Below are positions 40,801 through 49,417 of a stretch of DNA of 64,000 nucleotides, piece by piece. The notes below the pieces were generated by a model. That model saw nothing but the letters and a program-made list of their open reading frames with translations. It was not told the DNA's origin and made no database searches. This DNA comes from Prevotella sp. Its GTDB lineage: Bacteria; Bacteroidota; Bacteroidia; Bacteroidales; Bacteroidaceae. The stretch's first letter is position 1; each line of letters begins with the position of its first letter. Made by a program: the position numbers and the translations under genes. The stretch spans positions 6,300-70,299 of the forward strand of contig JAFZAE010000144.1 in the NCBI GenBank assembly GCA_017548385.1, read 5' to 3'.

Positions 40801-41687
40801 AGTGCAATTTCCGTACGATGGGTAAGAAATTCGGCAAATTGATGAAGGGTGTGGCAGCCACTATGGCGACACTAACGCAGGAAGACATCCACAAGTTGGA
40901 AAAAGAAGGCACTCTCAACATCGATGTCGAGGGAGAGGGTCTGACCGTTGAACTCCCCGATGTGGAAATTATCAGTGAGGATATCCCTGGCTGGCTCGTT
41001 GCCAATGAGGGTAATCTCACTGTCGCACTTGATGTGGAAATTACCGAGCAATTGCGCAAGGAAGGAGATGCCCGCGAGTTAATCAACCGCGTGCAGAACC
41101 TGCGCAAGGAGGCTGGGCTTGAGATTACAGACCGCATCCACGTTATCGTGGAACCTAATGAGAAGATTGAGGCTGCCGTCGAAGCCTATGGCGACTATGT
41201 GAGCACACAAATCCTTGCCGATAGCATCACCTTCGCTGCCAATGACGGCAAAAGTGTGGAGTTCGATGACTTCGCATTGAATATTAAAGTTGAAAAAGTA
41301 ATAAAAATGGCTGAGAAAACACGCTACAGCGACGCCGAACTCGAGGAGTTCCGCGCGATTATTAACGAGAAACTTACACTCGCCTACCGTGACTACAACC
41401 AAATGATGAGACAGTTAATGAATGCCGACGGCAACGATGTTGACGACACCTCGCCCACCTACAAGGTGCTCGAGGAAGGAAGCACTACACAGAGCAAAGA
41501 GGAGTTAATCCAGCTCGCTGGCCGTCAGCAGAAATTCATTCAGGGTCTGGAGGCTGCGCTTGTACGCATTGAGAATAAAACCTACGGAATCGACCGCATT
41601 ACAGGTGAGCTGATTCCTAAGGAGCGTCTGCGCGCCGTACCCCATGCTACCCTGAGTGTAGCATCGAAAAATGCACGGAAAAAGTGA
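37866..41687 (+). CDS. ileS: Isoleucine--tRNA ligase (type 2), read in frame into a DksA/TraR-family domain
   Basis: GPPSANG.PGIHH, GWDTHGLPVE, WTTTPWTL, SRSRFWGTP, EGVDQTRGWF and KMSKR motifs; no in-frame stop before 41687; -7 element TACCTTTG at 37753. Confidence 0.93.
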   Translation: MAKKFAEYSGLNLTEINNQVLEEWKKGNVFVRSIELRDGCPEFVFYEGPPSANGHPGIHHVLARTIKDTFNRYKTMKGYQVFRKAGWDTHGLPVELGVEKELGITKADIDNKESEKYISVEDYNRRCRENVMMYTHEWDALTEKVGYWVDLQHPYITYDNKYIETLWWLLKQLYDKELLYKGYTIQPYSPAAGTGLSSHELNQPGCYRDVKDTTVTAQFAMRNPKPEMAKWGKPFFMAWTTTPWTLAANSALCVGPKIDYVAVQTFNPYTGEPITVVLAEARLTAYFNEKGKDGDFEGYKKGDKVIPWRIVANYKGTDLVGMEYDQLLPMVKPLTDGAFRVIPGDYVTTEDGTGIVHIAPNFGADDANVAKKAGVPPIVMIDKKGHQRPVVDLQGKYFAIEDLDEEFVDKYVDTALWGRYAGRYVKNAYDETLSDKDETLDIAICMDLKAVNRAFKIEKHTHNYPHCWRTDKPVLYYPLDSWFIRSTACKERMAELNKTINWKPESTGTGRFGNWLENLNDWNLSRSRFWGTPLPIWRNEDDGDIICIGSLQQLYDEIEKSVAAGIMISNPLKEKGFVPGDYSQENYERIDMHRPYVDQIVLVSKTGKPMRREADLIDVWFDSGAMPYAQVHYPFENADAVDKHKAFPCDFISEGVDQTRGWFFTLHAIATMVFDSVAYKNVISTGLVQDAHGAKMSKRLGNAVDPFEAMETYGADALRFYMMTNSQPWDNLKFDRTGVEEVRRKMFATLYNTYSFFALYANVDGFDNSQPQVPMGDRPEIDRWILSVLNTLIKEVTKSLDDYEPTRAGRMIESFINDDLSNWYVRLNRKRFWGKDMSTDKLSAYQTLYTCLETVARLLAPFSPFYSDRLYLDLVKVTGRGNQVSVHLADYPVASEMLIHTDLEERMSLAQKITTMVLALRRKANIKVRQPLQCIMVAATDQQQRERIEAVAHLLMSEVNVKELRFAESEDGLLVKKIKCNFRTMGKKFGKLMKGVAATMATLTQEDIHKLEKEGTLNIDVEGEGLTVELPDVEIISEDIPGWLVANEGNLTVALDVEITEQLRKEGDARELINRVQNLRKEAGLEITDRIHVIVEPNEKIEAAVEAYGDYVSTQILADSITFAANDGKSVEFDDFALNIKVEKVIKMAEKTRYSDAELEEFRAIINEKLTLAYRDYNQMMRQLMNADGNDVDDTSPTYKVLEEGSTTQSKEELIQLAGRQQKFIQGLEAALVRIENKTYGIDRITGELIPKERLRAVPHATLSVASKNARKK
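41307..41687 (+). CDS. DksA/TraR-family transcription factor (internal in-frame start)
   Basis: MAEKTRYSDAELEEFR, coiled coil, AALVRIENKTYG and IPKERLRAVPHATLS motifs; A-rich context before ATG 41307. Confidence 0.85.
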   Translation: MAEKTRYSDAELEEFRAIINEKLTLAYRDYNQMMRQLMNADGNDVDDTSPTYKVLEEGSTTQSKEELIQLAGRQQKFIQGLEAALVRIENKTYGIDRITGELIPKERLRAVPHATLSVASKNARKK

Positions 41688-41689
41688 CA

Positions 41690-41799
41690 TGAGGTTATAA
41701 GGTTATTAGGTCGCTACGCTTGTAGGGTATGAGGTGAAATATGACTGTATAATCGGACATTTTCACCTAAAACCTTAGAACCTTACAACCTCAAAACCT
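41690..41799. repeat. Inverted array of octamers (AGGTT.. / AACCT..) forming a long imperfect hairpin
   Basis: tgaggtta taaggtta ttaggt ... tgaggtgaaa versus tttcaccta aaacctta gaacctta caacctca aaacctt. Confidence 0.7.
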
Positions 41800-41803
41800 T
41801 TGA

Positions 41804-42490
41804 ATGGCGATGAATATCAAGAGAATAGTTTTTTCCAGGGGTTTCATTGGGTGTGTGCTTATCTTGCTACTGCTTGTCATCGACCAGGTGATAAAAATCT
41901 CGGTTAAGACAAGTATGTGCCTGCATGAGGCAAATCATATCACTGATTGGTTTTATATTACCTTTGTCGAAAACAACGGTATGGCTTACGGAATGACGTT
42001 CGTTCCAAAGATTTTGTTGACACTCTTCCGTATTTTCGCTGTTACTGTTATTGGAGTCTATCTTTACAGGCAGGTGAAAAAACAAGCCAAGTGGGGATAT
42101 ATTATCACCTTGGCAATGGTGTTGGCTGGTGCGGCTGGCAATATTTTCGACTGTCTATTTTACGGCCAAGTGTTTTCTGAGTCGTTACCCAACGCTGTTG
42201 CTTCCTGGGTTCACTGGGGTGAGGGCTATGCTCCCATTTTGCAGGGTAGAGTTGTAGATATGTTCTATTTCCCCATTATCGATACCGATCTTCCTGATTG
42301 GTTGCCGATATGGGGAGGTGACCATTTTATCTTTTTCAGTCCTGTGTTCAATTTCGCTGATGCTTGCATCAGTGTGGGGGTGATAGTGCTCTTGCTTTTT
42401 TATCGTCACCAACTCTCTGAAATCACACTTTCAGGGAAAAAGACGGAAAAGGAAGAGGAAAAGGAAGATGAAGAGATTGAGGTGAAGTAG
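41804..42490 (+). CDS. lspA: Lipoprotein signal peptidase
   Basis: DQ..K, ENNGMAYG, GAAGNIFD, VVDMF and VFNFADA motifs. Confidence 0.93.
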   Translation: MAMNIKRIVFSRGFIGCVLILLLLVIDQVIKISVKTSMCLHEANHITDWFYITFVENNGMAYGMTFVPKILLTLFRIFAVTVIGVYLYRQVKKQAKWGYIITLAMVLAGAAGNIFDCLFYGQVFSESLPNAVASWVHWGEGYAPILQGRVVDMFYFPIIDTDLPDWLPIWGGDHFIFFSPVFNFADACISVGVIVLLLFYRHQLSEITLSGKKTEKEEEKEDEEIEVK

Positions 42491-42532
42491 CCACTATGGT
42501 ATCTTTAATTTCTACGGTCTAAAGTCTAAATC

Positions 42533-43534
42533 ATGCGCTGTCTCCTGAAAATCATCCCGCTTGTTCTGATTATCTCATGGATGGTCGGTTGCAAGCCTGG
42601 TATGCCTAGCAATATAATAGAACCAGATGATATGGAGGAGATACTCTATGACTATCATCTTGCTGATGGTATGGCAATGGCTGATGGTAACTATGAGAAT
42701 GCGAGTTATCTACGCACAGTGTATCGTGATGCTGCTCTGCGAAAACATGGGGTAACACAAGCCGACTTTGACTCCTCGTTAGTATATTATTACCGACATA
42801 CCGAACGATTGTATGAGATTTATGAAAACCTTGCTAAACGGCTAAATGATGAGTCGGTAAACCTCGGTTCAACTGCAAATGAGATGAGTCAGCTCGGTGG
42901 CGAAGTGGGGCAGGGCGACACTACCACCGTATGGACCTATCCACAGACTGTAGTGATGCTGCCTGTTTCTCCCTATAATGTATTGTCGTTCTCAGTGAAG
43001 GCTGACACGAGTTATCATGCCGGTGACAAGATTATTTTCAACGTTGATGCGCAGTTTATCTTCCAGGATGGTGTGCGCGACGGTACAGTGATGCTCGCCG
43101 TGACTTTCCGGAACGACAGTGTCGCTACTCAGATAATGCATATGTCATCGAACCAACGCTATATTCTGCAAGTTGCTGATCCACAGCAGATTGGCGTCAA
43201 GGATGCCAAGGGCTTCATCTATTTGACAAGTGGCACAAGCAATAACTCTTCTACGCTCAAGATGATGTGCCTGCGAAATTTGCGACTACTGAAGATGAAA
43301 TATAAGGAAGAGGCGGAGAAAACTGATAAGACTACAATGTCTTCGAATGGTTTCGCACCGCCGATGGGTGCTTCATCTGGAGGTACACCACCACAGACAT
43401 CACCTACTGCGTCGGGGGCATCGTCGGATACTGCCTCGTCGCTCCACCAAGGTGAACGGGCCGTTATGCGTCCCATGGATGATAACACCTCAAAGACAGC
43501 TCCCCGTGCTCCTTCAGCTAGAAAATTTCCATAG
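42533..43534 (+). CDS. DUF4296-like lipoprotein
   Basis: Lipobox MVGC, MEEILYDYHLAD and FDSSLVYY motifs; low-complexity tail. Confidence 0.75.
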   Translation: MRCLLKIIPLVLIISWMVGCKPGMPSNIIEPDDMEEILYDYHLADGMAMADGNYENASYLRTVYRDAALRKHGVTQADFDSSLVYYYRHTERLYEIYENLAKRLNDESVNLGSTANEMSQLGGEVGQGDTTTVWTYPQTVVMLPVSPYNVLSFSVKADTSYHAGDKIIFNVDAQFIFQDGVRDGTVMLAVTFRNDSVATQIMHMSSNQRYILQVADPQQIGVKDAKGFIYLTSGTSNNSSTLKMMCLRNLRLLKMKYKEEAEKTDKTTMSSNGFAPPMGASSGGTPPQTSPTASGASSDTASSLHQGERAVMRPMDDNTSKTAPRAPSARKFP

Positions 43535-43566
43535 CATATCTCTCATTCCCACTAACATCTATAGAA

Positions 43567-44937
43567 ATGTTGTCATTAGCTGGAATACTCCTTGCTGCAG
43601 TCACATACTGCTCGCCTGTACATATTGAGGTGTCGCTTGCTGGTAATTTTGGTGAGCCACGTCCCAACCATTTCCATGGTGGACTCGATATTAAAACGCA
43701 GCAGGAGGAAGGGAAAGCTGTTTGCTCTATCGGAGATGGCTATGTGTCGCGTGTCTCGGTGAACGTCGGGGGTATGGGTAATGCTGTCTATGTTCGACAT
43801 CCAGATGGTTATACCAGCGTCTATGGACACTTGCAGCGGTTTGCTCCTGGTATCGAGGCTTTGGTTAGGAAATACCAGTACCACCATCAGTGTACCGACC
43901 TAGACATTGAACTCGATGCTCGCGACTATCCTGTCACACAAGGGCAGATAATCGCTCTCAGTGGCGATACTGGTGCAAGCATGGGACCACATTTGCACTT
44001 GGAGATTCGTGATAATGCTACGGGCAATTTGATGGACCCGTTGGAATTTATTCCTGAATTGCTCACAGATACTGTAAGTCCTAAAGCACATGCTCTCATG
44101 GCCTACCCAATAGAAGGTGAGGGACTGTTCTGCGGAAAAACAGAGCAGCAGCGTTTCGACTTCAATGACCATGACTTAGGACAGGAATTTACTGCGTGGG
44201 GGAAAGTGGGCTTCGGCCTCTATGCAGATGACTATATGCAAGGTTCTGCCAATCCCTGCGGCATCCGTTACACCACATTGTTGGTGGATGGGAAAGAGGT
44301 GTTCTCAAGCAACGTACACAACATCCCAATGAAGGATAATATTCAGGTAAATATCTGGGGCGACTACGATTATTTTATGGAAAACCAACAGTGGTTCATG
44401 CGCTCCTTCATCCTGCCGGGCAATACTCTTTCCATCCTGAAGACCGACACCACAAAAGGCATCATAGATTTCAACGAAGAGCGGGAATACCAGATTCGAT
44501 ACATCATCAGCGACTTCTTCGGCAACAAATCTGAATATCCCTTCGTGGTGAAAGGAATGAAAGATTCCCTCCTGCTTGCGACGGACTCACTAAATAGAAA
44601 GGAGATGACTGCAAACAAAGGGAAACATTTGTCTGTTGACAAAGACATGGGCATCGACGAACTACCTCCAGATGTTATCCCTATCAACGAGCGACAGTGG
44701 AAGGAAGAGCACATCCTTATCTTTGAATTAAGAGACCGCCAGTCAGGCATTCGCGATTACAAAGCATACATCGATGACCAGTTTGTGGTTTTTGAACATG
44801 TGAAAAAGTCATCACGTATCATCTGCGACCTCCGACATACTCCTATCACACCTAATGGCCGGGAACGACAATTGCGTATCTTCGCCACCGATAGCACCGG
44901 CAACACTGCCACGTATAGCACGAAGGTAGTTTATTAG
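43567..44937 (+). CDS. M23 family metallopeptidase
   Basis: FGEPRPNHFHGGLD, YGHL and SGDTGAS.GPHLHLEIR motifs. Confidence 0.9.
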   Translation: MLSLAGILLAAVTYCSPVHIEVSLAGNFGEPRPNHFHGGLDIKTQQEEGKAVCSIGDGYVSRVSVNVGGMGNAVYVRHPDGYTSVYGHLQRFAPGIEALVRKYQYHHQCTDLDIELDARDYPVTQGQIIALSGDTGASMGPHLHLEIRDNATGNLMDPLEFIPELLTDTVSPKAHALMAYPIEGEGLFCGKTEQQRFDFNDHDLGQEFTAWGKVGFGLYADDYMQGSANPCGIRYTTLLVDGKEVFSSNVHNIPMKDNIQVNIWGDYDYFMENQQWFMRSFILPGNTLSILKTDTTKGIIDFNEEREYQIRYIISDFFGNKSEYPFVVKGMKDSLLLATDSLNRKEMTANKGKHLSVDKDMGIDELPPDVIPINERQWKEEHILIFELRDRQSGIRDYKAYIDDQFVVFEHVKKSSRIICDLRHTPITPNGRERQLRIFATDSTGNTATYSTKVVY

Positions 44938-45012
44938 CTCAAAAATATTGTGAGCGGTAAAGGTAATCTCTCACCTCTTACTTCTCACCTCTTACCTCTA
45001 AAATAATAAATT

Positions 45013-46653
45013 ATGAGAAACGTCTTTATTACTGTTTTTATCCTTGTGGCAGGTTATGCCACAGCGTGTACAAATTTCATCGTGGGCAAGGCCGCCAGCA
45101 TCGATGGTTCGGTAATTTGCACCTATAATGCCGACGATTATGGTATGTTTCAGCGCCTCTGCCACTATCCTGCCGCCAAACATGCGTCTGGGGAAATGCG
45201 CAAGGTGTACGACTGGGACACCAATGCCTATCATGGCGAGATTCCTGAGGCTGCTGAGACTTATAATGTGATTGGCAACATCAATGAATACCAAGTGACT
45301 ATTGGTGAGACCACTTATGGAGGACGTGAGGAAATGGTGGATCCAACGGGAATCCTTGACTATGGCTCACTCATCTATATCGCCTTGCAACGGTCGAAGA
45401 CAGCACGTGAGGCTATCCAGGTGATGACAACACTCGTCGAAACTTACGGCTACAATTCCGAGGGAGAGACCTTTACTATTTGCGACCCCAACGAAGCGTG
45501 GATTATGGAGATGATGGGCATGGGGCCTGGCAGCAACAGTGCCGTGTGGGTGGCCATCCGAATCCCCGACAATGCTATCTGTGGTCATGCCAACCAGAGT
45601 CGCATCACTACGTTCGATATGAAGGACAAGAAGAACGTTCTTTATTCCAAAAATGTGGTAAAATATGCTCGTAAGATGGGATGGTTTGATGGTAAAGATG
45701 CTGATTTCAACTGGAATATGACGTATGCTTTCCCTGATTTCTCGGGGCGTCGGTATTGTGAGGCCCGTGTGTGGAGTTTCTTCAACCATTTCTCCAACGA
45801 CATGGACCGCTACCTTCCCTACGCCATGGGTAAGGAACCTAATGCGGAACCTATGCCATTGTGGATTATCCCCAACCGCAAGGTGAGCGTGCAGGACATT
45901 GAGGAGTGTATGCGTGACCACTATGAGGGAACACCATTTGCGCTTGACAGCGATATCGGTGGTGGTATCTGGGAAATGCCTTATCGTCCCACACCGCTGA
46001 CCTTCGAACTGGATGGTAAGAAATACTTCAACGAGCGTCCTACATCCACACAGCAGACAGGTTTTTCCTACGTAAGCCAAATGCGCTCATGGCTTCCGCG
46101 CGAGATTGGTGGCGTCATCTGGTGGGCCAATGACGATGGTAACATGGCTGTATATACACCAGTGTATTGTAGTATGACCGTTAGGCCAGAGTGTTACAAT
46201 ACCCCTGGTGCTGACGAACTGAATTTCTCGGAGAAAAATGCCTATTGGGTATGCAATTGGGTGAGCAATATGGTTTATCCACGTTATTCGTTGATGTTCC
46301 CCTCACTGAAAGAGGTTCGTGACTCTCTCGAACAGTCGTATTTCGCAGCACAACAGCATATAGAGGAGGAAGCTCAGCGACTTTATAATCAGAATCCGCA
46401 GTTAGCTGTGAAATATCTCAATGATTATAGCGTGGAGAAGGCCCAACAGATGCTTGATCGCTGGAATGTTCTTGCCCGTTACTTGATTGTGAAATACAAT
46501 GATATGATTATCAAGCCTGAACAGGACGGTAAATTCACCCGAACAGAGCACGGCCTCGGTTCACGTGTTACACGTCCCGGCTATCCTGATAAATTCAAAC
46601 GTGCTCTCATTAAACAGACAGGTACGAAGTTTGAATATCCTGAGGATAATTAA
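45013..46653 (+). CDS. C69 family dipeptidase
   Basis: Signal peptide then ACT (N-terminal Cys nucleophile); NEYQVTIGETT, GETF...D.NEAW.ME and HANQSRI motifs. Confidence 0.88.
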   Translation: MRNVFITVFILVAGYATACTNFIVGKAASIDGSVICTYNADDYGMFQRLCHYPAAKHASGEMRKVYDWDTNAYHGEIPEAAETYNVIGNINEYQVTIGETTYGGREEMVDPTGILDYGSLIYIALQRSKTAREAIQVMTTLVETYGYNSEGETFTICDPNEAWIMEMMGMGPGSNSAVWVAIRIPDNAICGHANQSRITTFDMKDKKNVLYSKNVVKYARKMGWFDGKDADFNWNMTYAFPDFSGRRYCEARVWSFFNHFSNDMDRYLPYAMGKEPNAEPMPLWIIPNRKVSVQDIEECMRDHYEGTPFALDSDIGGGIWEMPYRPTPLTFELDGKKYFNERPTSTQQTGFSYVSQMRSWLPREIGGVIWWANDDGNMAVYTPVYCSMTVRPECYNTPGADELNFSEKNAYWVCNWVSNMVYPRYSLMFPSLKEVRDSLEQSYFAAQQHIEEEAQRLYNQNPQLAVKYLNDYSVEKAQQMLDRWNVLARYLIVKYNDMIIKPEQDGKFTRTEHGLGSRVTRPGYPDKFKRALIKQTGTKFEYPEDN

Positions 46654-46669
46654 AGATTGAAATTGAAAA

Positions 46670-46730
46670 TACCCCACCCATTACACCTTCTTGAATTCCA
46701 TCATAAGAGAAGGTGATTTAGGGTGGGGTA
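46670..46730. terminator. Long inverted repeat between convergent genes
   Basis: taccccaccc..caccttct ... agaaggtg..gggtggggta. Confidence 0.7.
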
Positions 46731-46758
46731 ATTGTTGTATATTATTCAATCTTCCAAC

Positions 46759-48447
46759 TTACATTTTAATTACTTTCACACTGGCAATGTCAATGCGGTC
46801 GCCGTTCCATGGTAAGGTAGACATTTCCGATTTGTTGGTGAGGCCGATTTTGATGACTCCTTTTGTGGGGAGGGTGAAAGATTGCACCATGTGCGTCCAG
46901 TTTTGTAAAGGAGAGGAATTTACTTGGATGTCGTCTGTTTCTGATGTCTCATCTTCTGAAGAATCTTCTTCCCCAGCTTCCTCTTTTTCAGGAGTTTCAT
47001 ACATTGGTATTTCTGCTCTCAACAGTTCGTTTCCTTCTGTGTCTAAAATGTAGAGCACATTGCCGGTGCCATTTGCATTTACCCAACAGTCAATGGCATA
47101 TTTTCCCGGATTTAGATCTTTCTCTTGGAAAATGTCATAATGCATGTCGTTGGGATTACCTGCCGTGGTGAGATGGATGTATCTATTGTCCATGTTTTCT
47201 GGTACTTCTCCCCAGGCCTCCACATCTTCTTGAATACCTTCAAACTGCATAACCTCCCATCCTTTCTTTGTGAGAAGATCCCAACTGCGCCCGGTGAGAT
47301 AGACACCATCGCGTGTGTTCTGTGTTTGTTCGATGTGAATGAATCTTTTGCTAACTTTTCTTGCAATCAGTCCACTTGTGGTGATTGCCCCTGCTAGACA
47401 TGCTATCCATGTGGCGATCAGCCCTATTTTAACAGCTTTGTTCATTCCAGGGTGGTCTTTGCTGTGGAAAATAGCACGAAGTAGTCCGAACAAAGGGATG
47501 CAGAGCACGCCAAACCATCCTATGATGCACACCACCGTCATCCAGGTGGGTACGGATGATAATAATTGTTCACTTGAAATATTTATGCCGTTGAGGTTAA
47601 CATGGAAGTCGGGGAGACTAAGGAATCCAATTGTGCCAAAACTAATGCCTATTAGTGCCCCGATTAATCCTATGAGCAGACTGATGATGATGATGCCAGC
47701 AATGATGGCTGCAAATACAGCAATAATCTTTACAAATACCGATAGGCATCCTCTTGCTGCATCTTGTGTTTGTGGCTTATTGACAAATTCTTTTGCACTG
47801 TTGACACCTCGCATCAACTCTTCATTGATGGCTTTTGCTGTCACAGGTTTTCCATGCATGCGCAGACGGTCTTCTGGTGTCGTGGCTTCCGGGATGAGAA
47901 TCCATCCTATGATGTAGAGGATGGCCAGTGAACTAAAGGAGGCGAAAAACAACACCACAACGATAATACGTAGTATCAGTGGGTCTTTGATGCCTAAGTA
48001 GTGGCTCAAGCCAGAGAGTACACCTCCGAGGATACGGTCCTCTGGATCGCGAAACAGTTTTTTGCTCTCCGAGCCATTATCATTGTAGGGTGGTGGGGGC
48101 GTGGCATTGAAGGCACTGTTGGTGTTGGTTTGTTCGTTGCTTGTCGTATTTTCATAGGGTGGGGGAGTTGTGCCGCTGGTAGGCTCTTCGTCCATCTGTT
48201 GTGGGTCGCCGATGCGGTTGATGATTTCAGTGATGTGCTCGATGGTGATGGCCTGGACTCCGCTTTGGCGTAGTTCGGTGAGCAATTCTGCCACACGCAT
48301 TTCCACGTCGTCGGCAATCTCATCGCCGCCCTCACGCTGGCTGTAATAGCGCCGCATGTTGTCGTTGTATTTTTGCAACAATTCATAGGCATCTTCGTCA
48401 ATGGGGTAGAGAGTGCCAAAGATATTTACTGTGATATTCTTTTTCAT
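46759..48447 (-). CDS. PspC-domain membrane protein with an extended periplasmic C-terminus
   Basis: IDEDAY..L..Y, IADDVE.RVAEL and IGDP N-domain; KKLFRDPEDRILGGVLSGL...YIIGWILIPEA PspC domain; TM helices. Confidence 0.88.
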   Translation of the reverse strand: MKKNITVNIFGTLYPIDEDAYELLQKYNDNMRRYYSQREGGDEIADDVEMRVAELLTELRQSGVQAITIEHITEIINRIGDPQQMDEEPTSGTTPPPYENTTSNEQTNTNSAFNATPPPPYNDNGSESKKLFRDPEDRILGGVLSGLSHYLGIKDPLILRIIVVVLFFASFSSLAILYIIGWILIPEATTPEDRLRMHGKPVTAKAINEELMRGVNSAKEFVNKPQTQDAARGCLSVFVKIIAVFAAIIAGIIIISLLIGLIGALIGISFGTIGFLSLPDFHVNLNGINISSEQLLSSVPTWMTVVCIIGWFGVLCIPLFGLLRAIFHSKDHPGMNKAVKIGLIATWIACLAGAITTSGLIARKVSKRFIHIEQTQNTRDGVYLTGRSWDLLTKKGWEVMQFEGIQEDVEAWGEVPENMDNRYIHLTTAGNPNDMHYDIFQEKDLNPGKYAIDCWVNANGTGNVLYILDTEGNELLRAEIPMYETPEKEEAGEEDSSEDETSETDDIQVNSSPLQNWTHMVQSFTLPTKGVIKIGLTNKSEMSTLPWNGDRIDIASVKVIKM

Positions 48448-48560
48448 ATTCTTTTGGGAATTTGTAGGGTTATACCCTGTGTATGTTCGCTAATTGGGTT
48501 TTTGGGGATTTATTAGGATAATGGCTACCAATGCATACAATTAATCTACTTGTTTACTTG

Positions 48561-48893
48561 TCAACTAATTATATATTTCAGAATTTCCACTGTTTTTGTG
48601 AGGGAGTTCCATGTCTCTTCCATGGCAGCGAGGGCTTCGCGACCGGTAACGGTCAACGCGTAATATTTTCGTGGCGGTCCTTGTGCAGACTCCTGCCACT
48701 CATAGGTGAGCAACCCTTCTTTCTTCAGACGGGTAAGCAGCGGATAGAGGGTGCCTTCCACCACAATCAAGTCTGCTTCTTTCAGCCGTTGGATGATGTC
48801 GTTAGTGTAAAATGCACTACGACTGAGCAATAGTAAGACGCAGTATTCGAGCATTCCTTTCCGCATCTGTGATTTCGCATTGTCGATGTTCAT
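48561..48893 (-). CDS. PadR family transcriptional regulator
   Basis: QMRKGMLE, EGTLYPLLTRL and GPPRKYY.LT..G motifs. Confidence 0.93.
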   Translation of the reverse strand: MNIDNAKSQMRKGMLEYCVLLLLSRSAFYTNDIIQRLKEADLIVVEGTLYPLLTRLKKEGLLTYEWQESAQGPPRKYYALTVTGREALAAMEETWNSLTKTVEILKYIIS

Positions 48894-48991
48894 GTTATTT
48901 AGGGGTTAGAGGTGAGAGATTTCTTTTGCTGTTCATGGATGTTATCCATTCTAACAACTCGTCAACTCGTTAATTATTTCCTTTTCCGCTG

Positions 48992-49050
48992 CAAAGGTAA
49001 TAATTATTATAGTACCTTGCAATACATAGTACCTAAAAATGCAAGGTATT
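48992..49050 (-). promoter_or_regulatory. padR-pspC promoter with a candidate PadR operator
   Basis: TACCTTTG -7 element (minus strand, 48992-48999); imperfect palindrome GTACCTTG-N5-CATAGTAC at 49012-49032; inverted repeat taccttgca / tgcaaggta. Confidence 0.55.
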
Positions 49051-49180
49051 TTGTTTTTTTAACAATTTAGGGCGACTGTATGTAAAACAAGTACCACAAA
49101 AAAGTCATGGCACTCTTAGAAGAAAGAATAGTTACAACTGGAGGAATCCGTATGATTTTCCAACCTCATACCTAAATATA

Positions 49181-49217
49181 ATAAGGGGGGGCAGGCTCCC
49201 AAAGCCTGCCCCCTTAT
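49181..49217 (-). terminator. GC-rich hairpin after the T9SS cargo and peptide genes
   Basis: ataagggggggcaggct ... agcctgcccccttat. Confidence 0.75.
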
Positions 49218-49236
49218 ATAAAAAGGTGTAATGTGG

Positions 49237-49398
49237 TTATCCCCACACGCTATTAGATGTTGGCATGTCATTTTCCTCTTCAAATGTATCTTCATTGGTC
49301 ATACCATCACCATTGCCGGGGGTGTCACTTACAACTAGTGCGAGTGACTCGCAGCTATAACTCATCGACATGATAGTTGGCTGAATATATTTTTTCAT
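49237..49398 (-). CDS. Small acidic peptide (53 aa), YxxP...W type
   Basis: MKKYIQP...SVWG; starts about 20 nt after the cargo stop and ends just before the terminator. Confidence 0.72.
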   Translation of the reverse strand: MKKYIQPTIMSMSYSCESLALVVSDTPGNGDGMTNEDTFEEENDMPTSNSVWG

Positions 49399-49417
49399 AA
49401 TTCTGCTTTTTAAAAGA

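Noticed and set aside
43567-44937. M23 peptidase possibly lacking a central domain
   Set aside because: This is an impression from length only; the ORF is intact with its catalytic motifs, and the idea cannot be supported without an alignment
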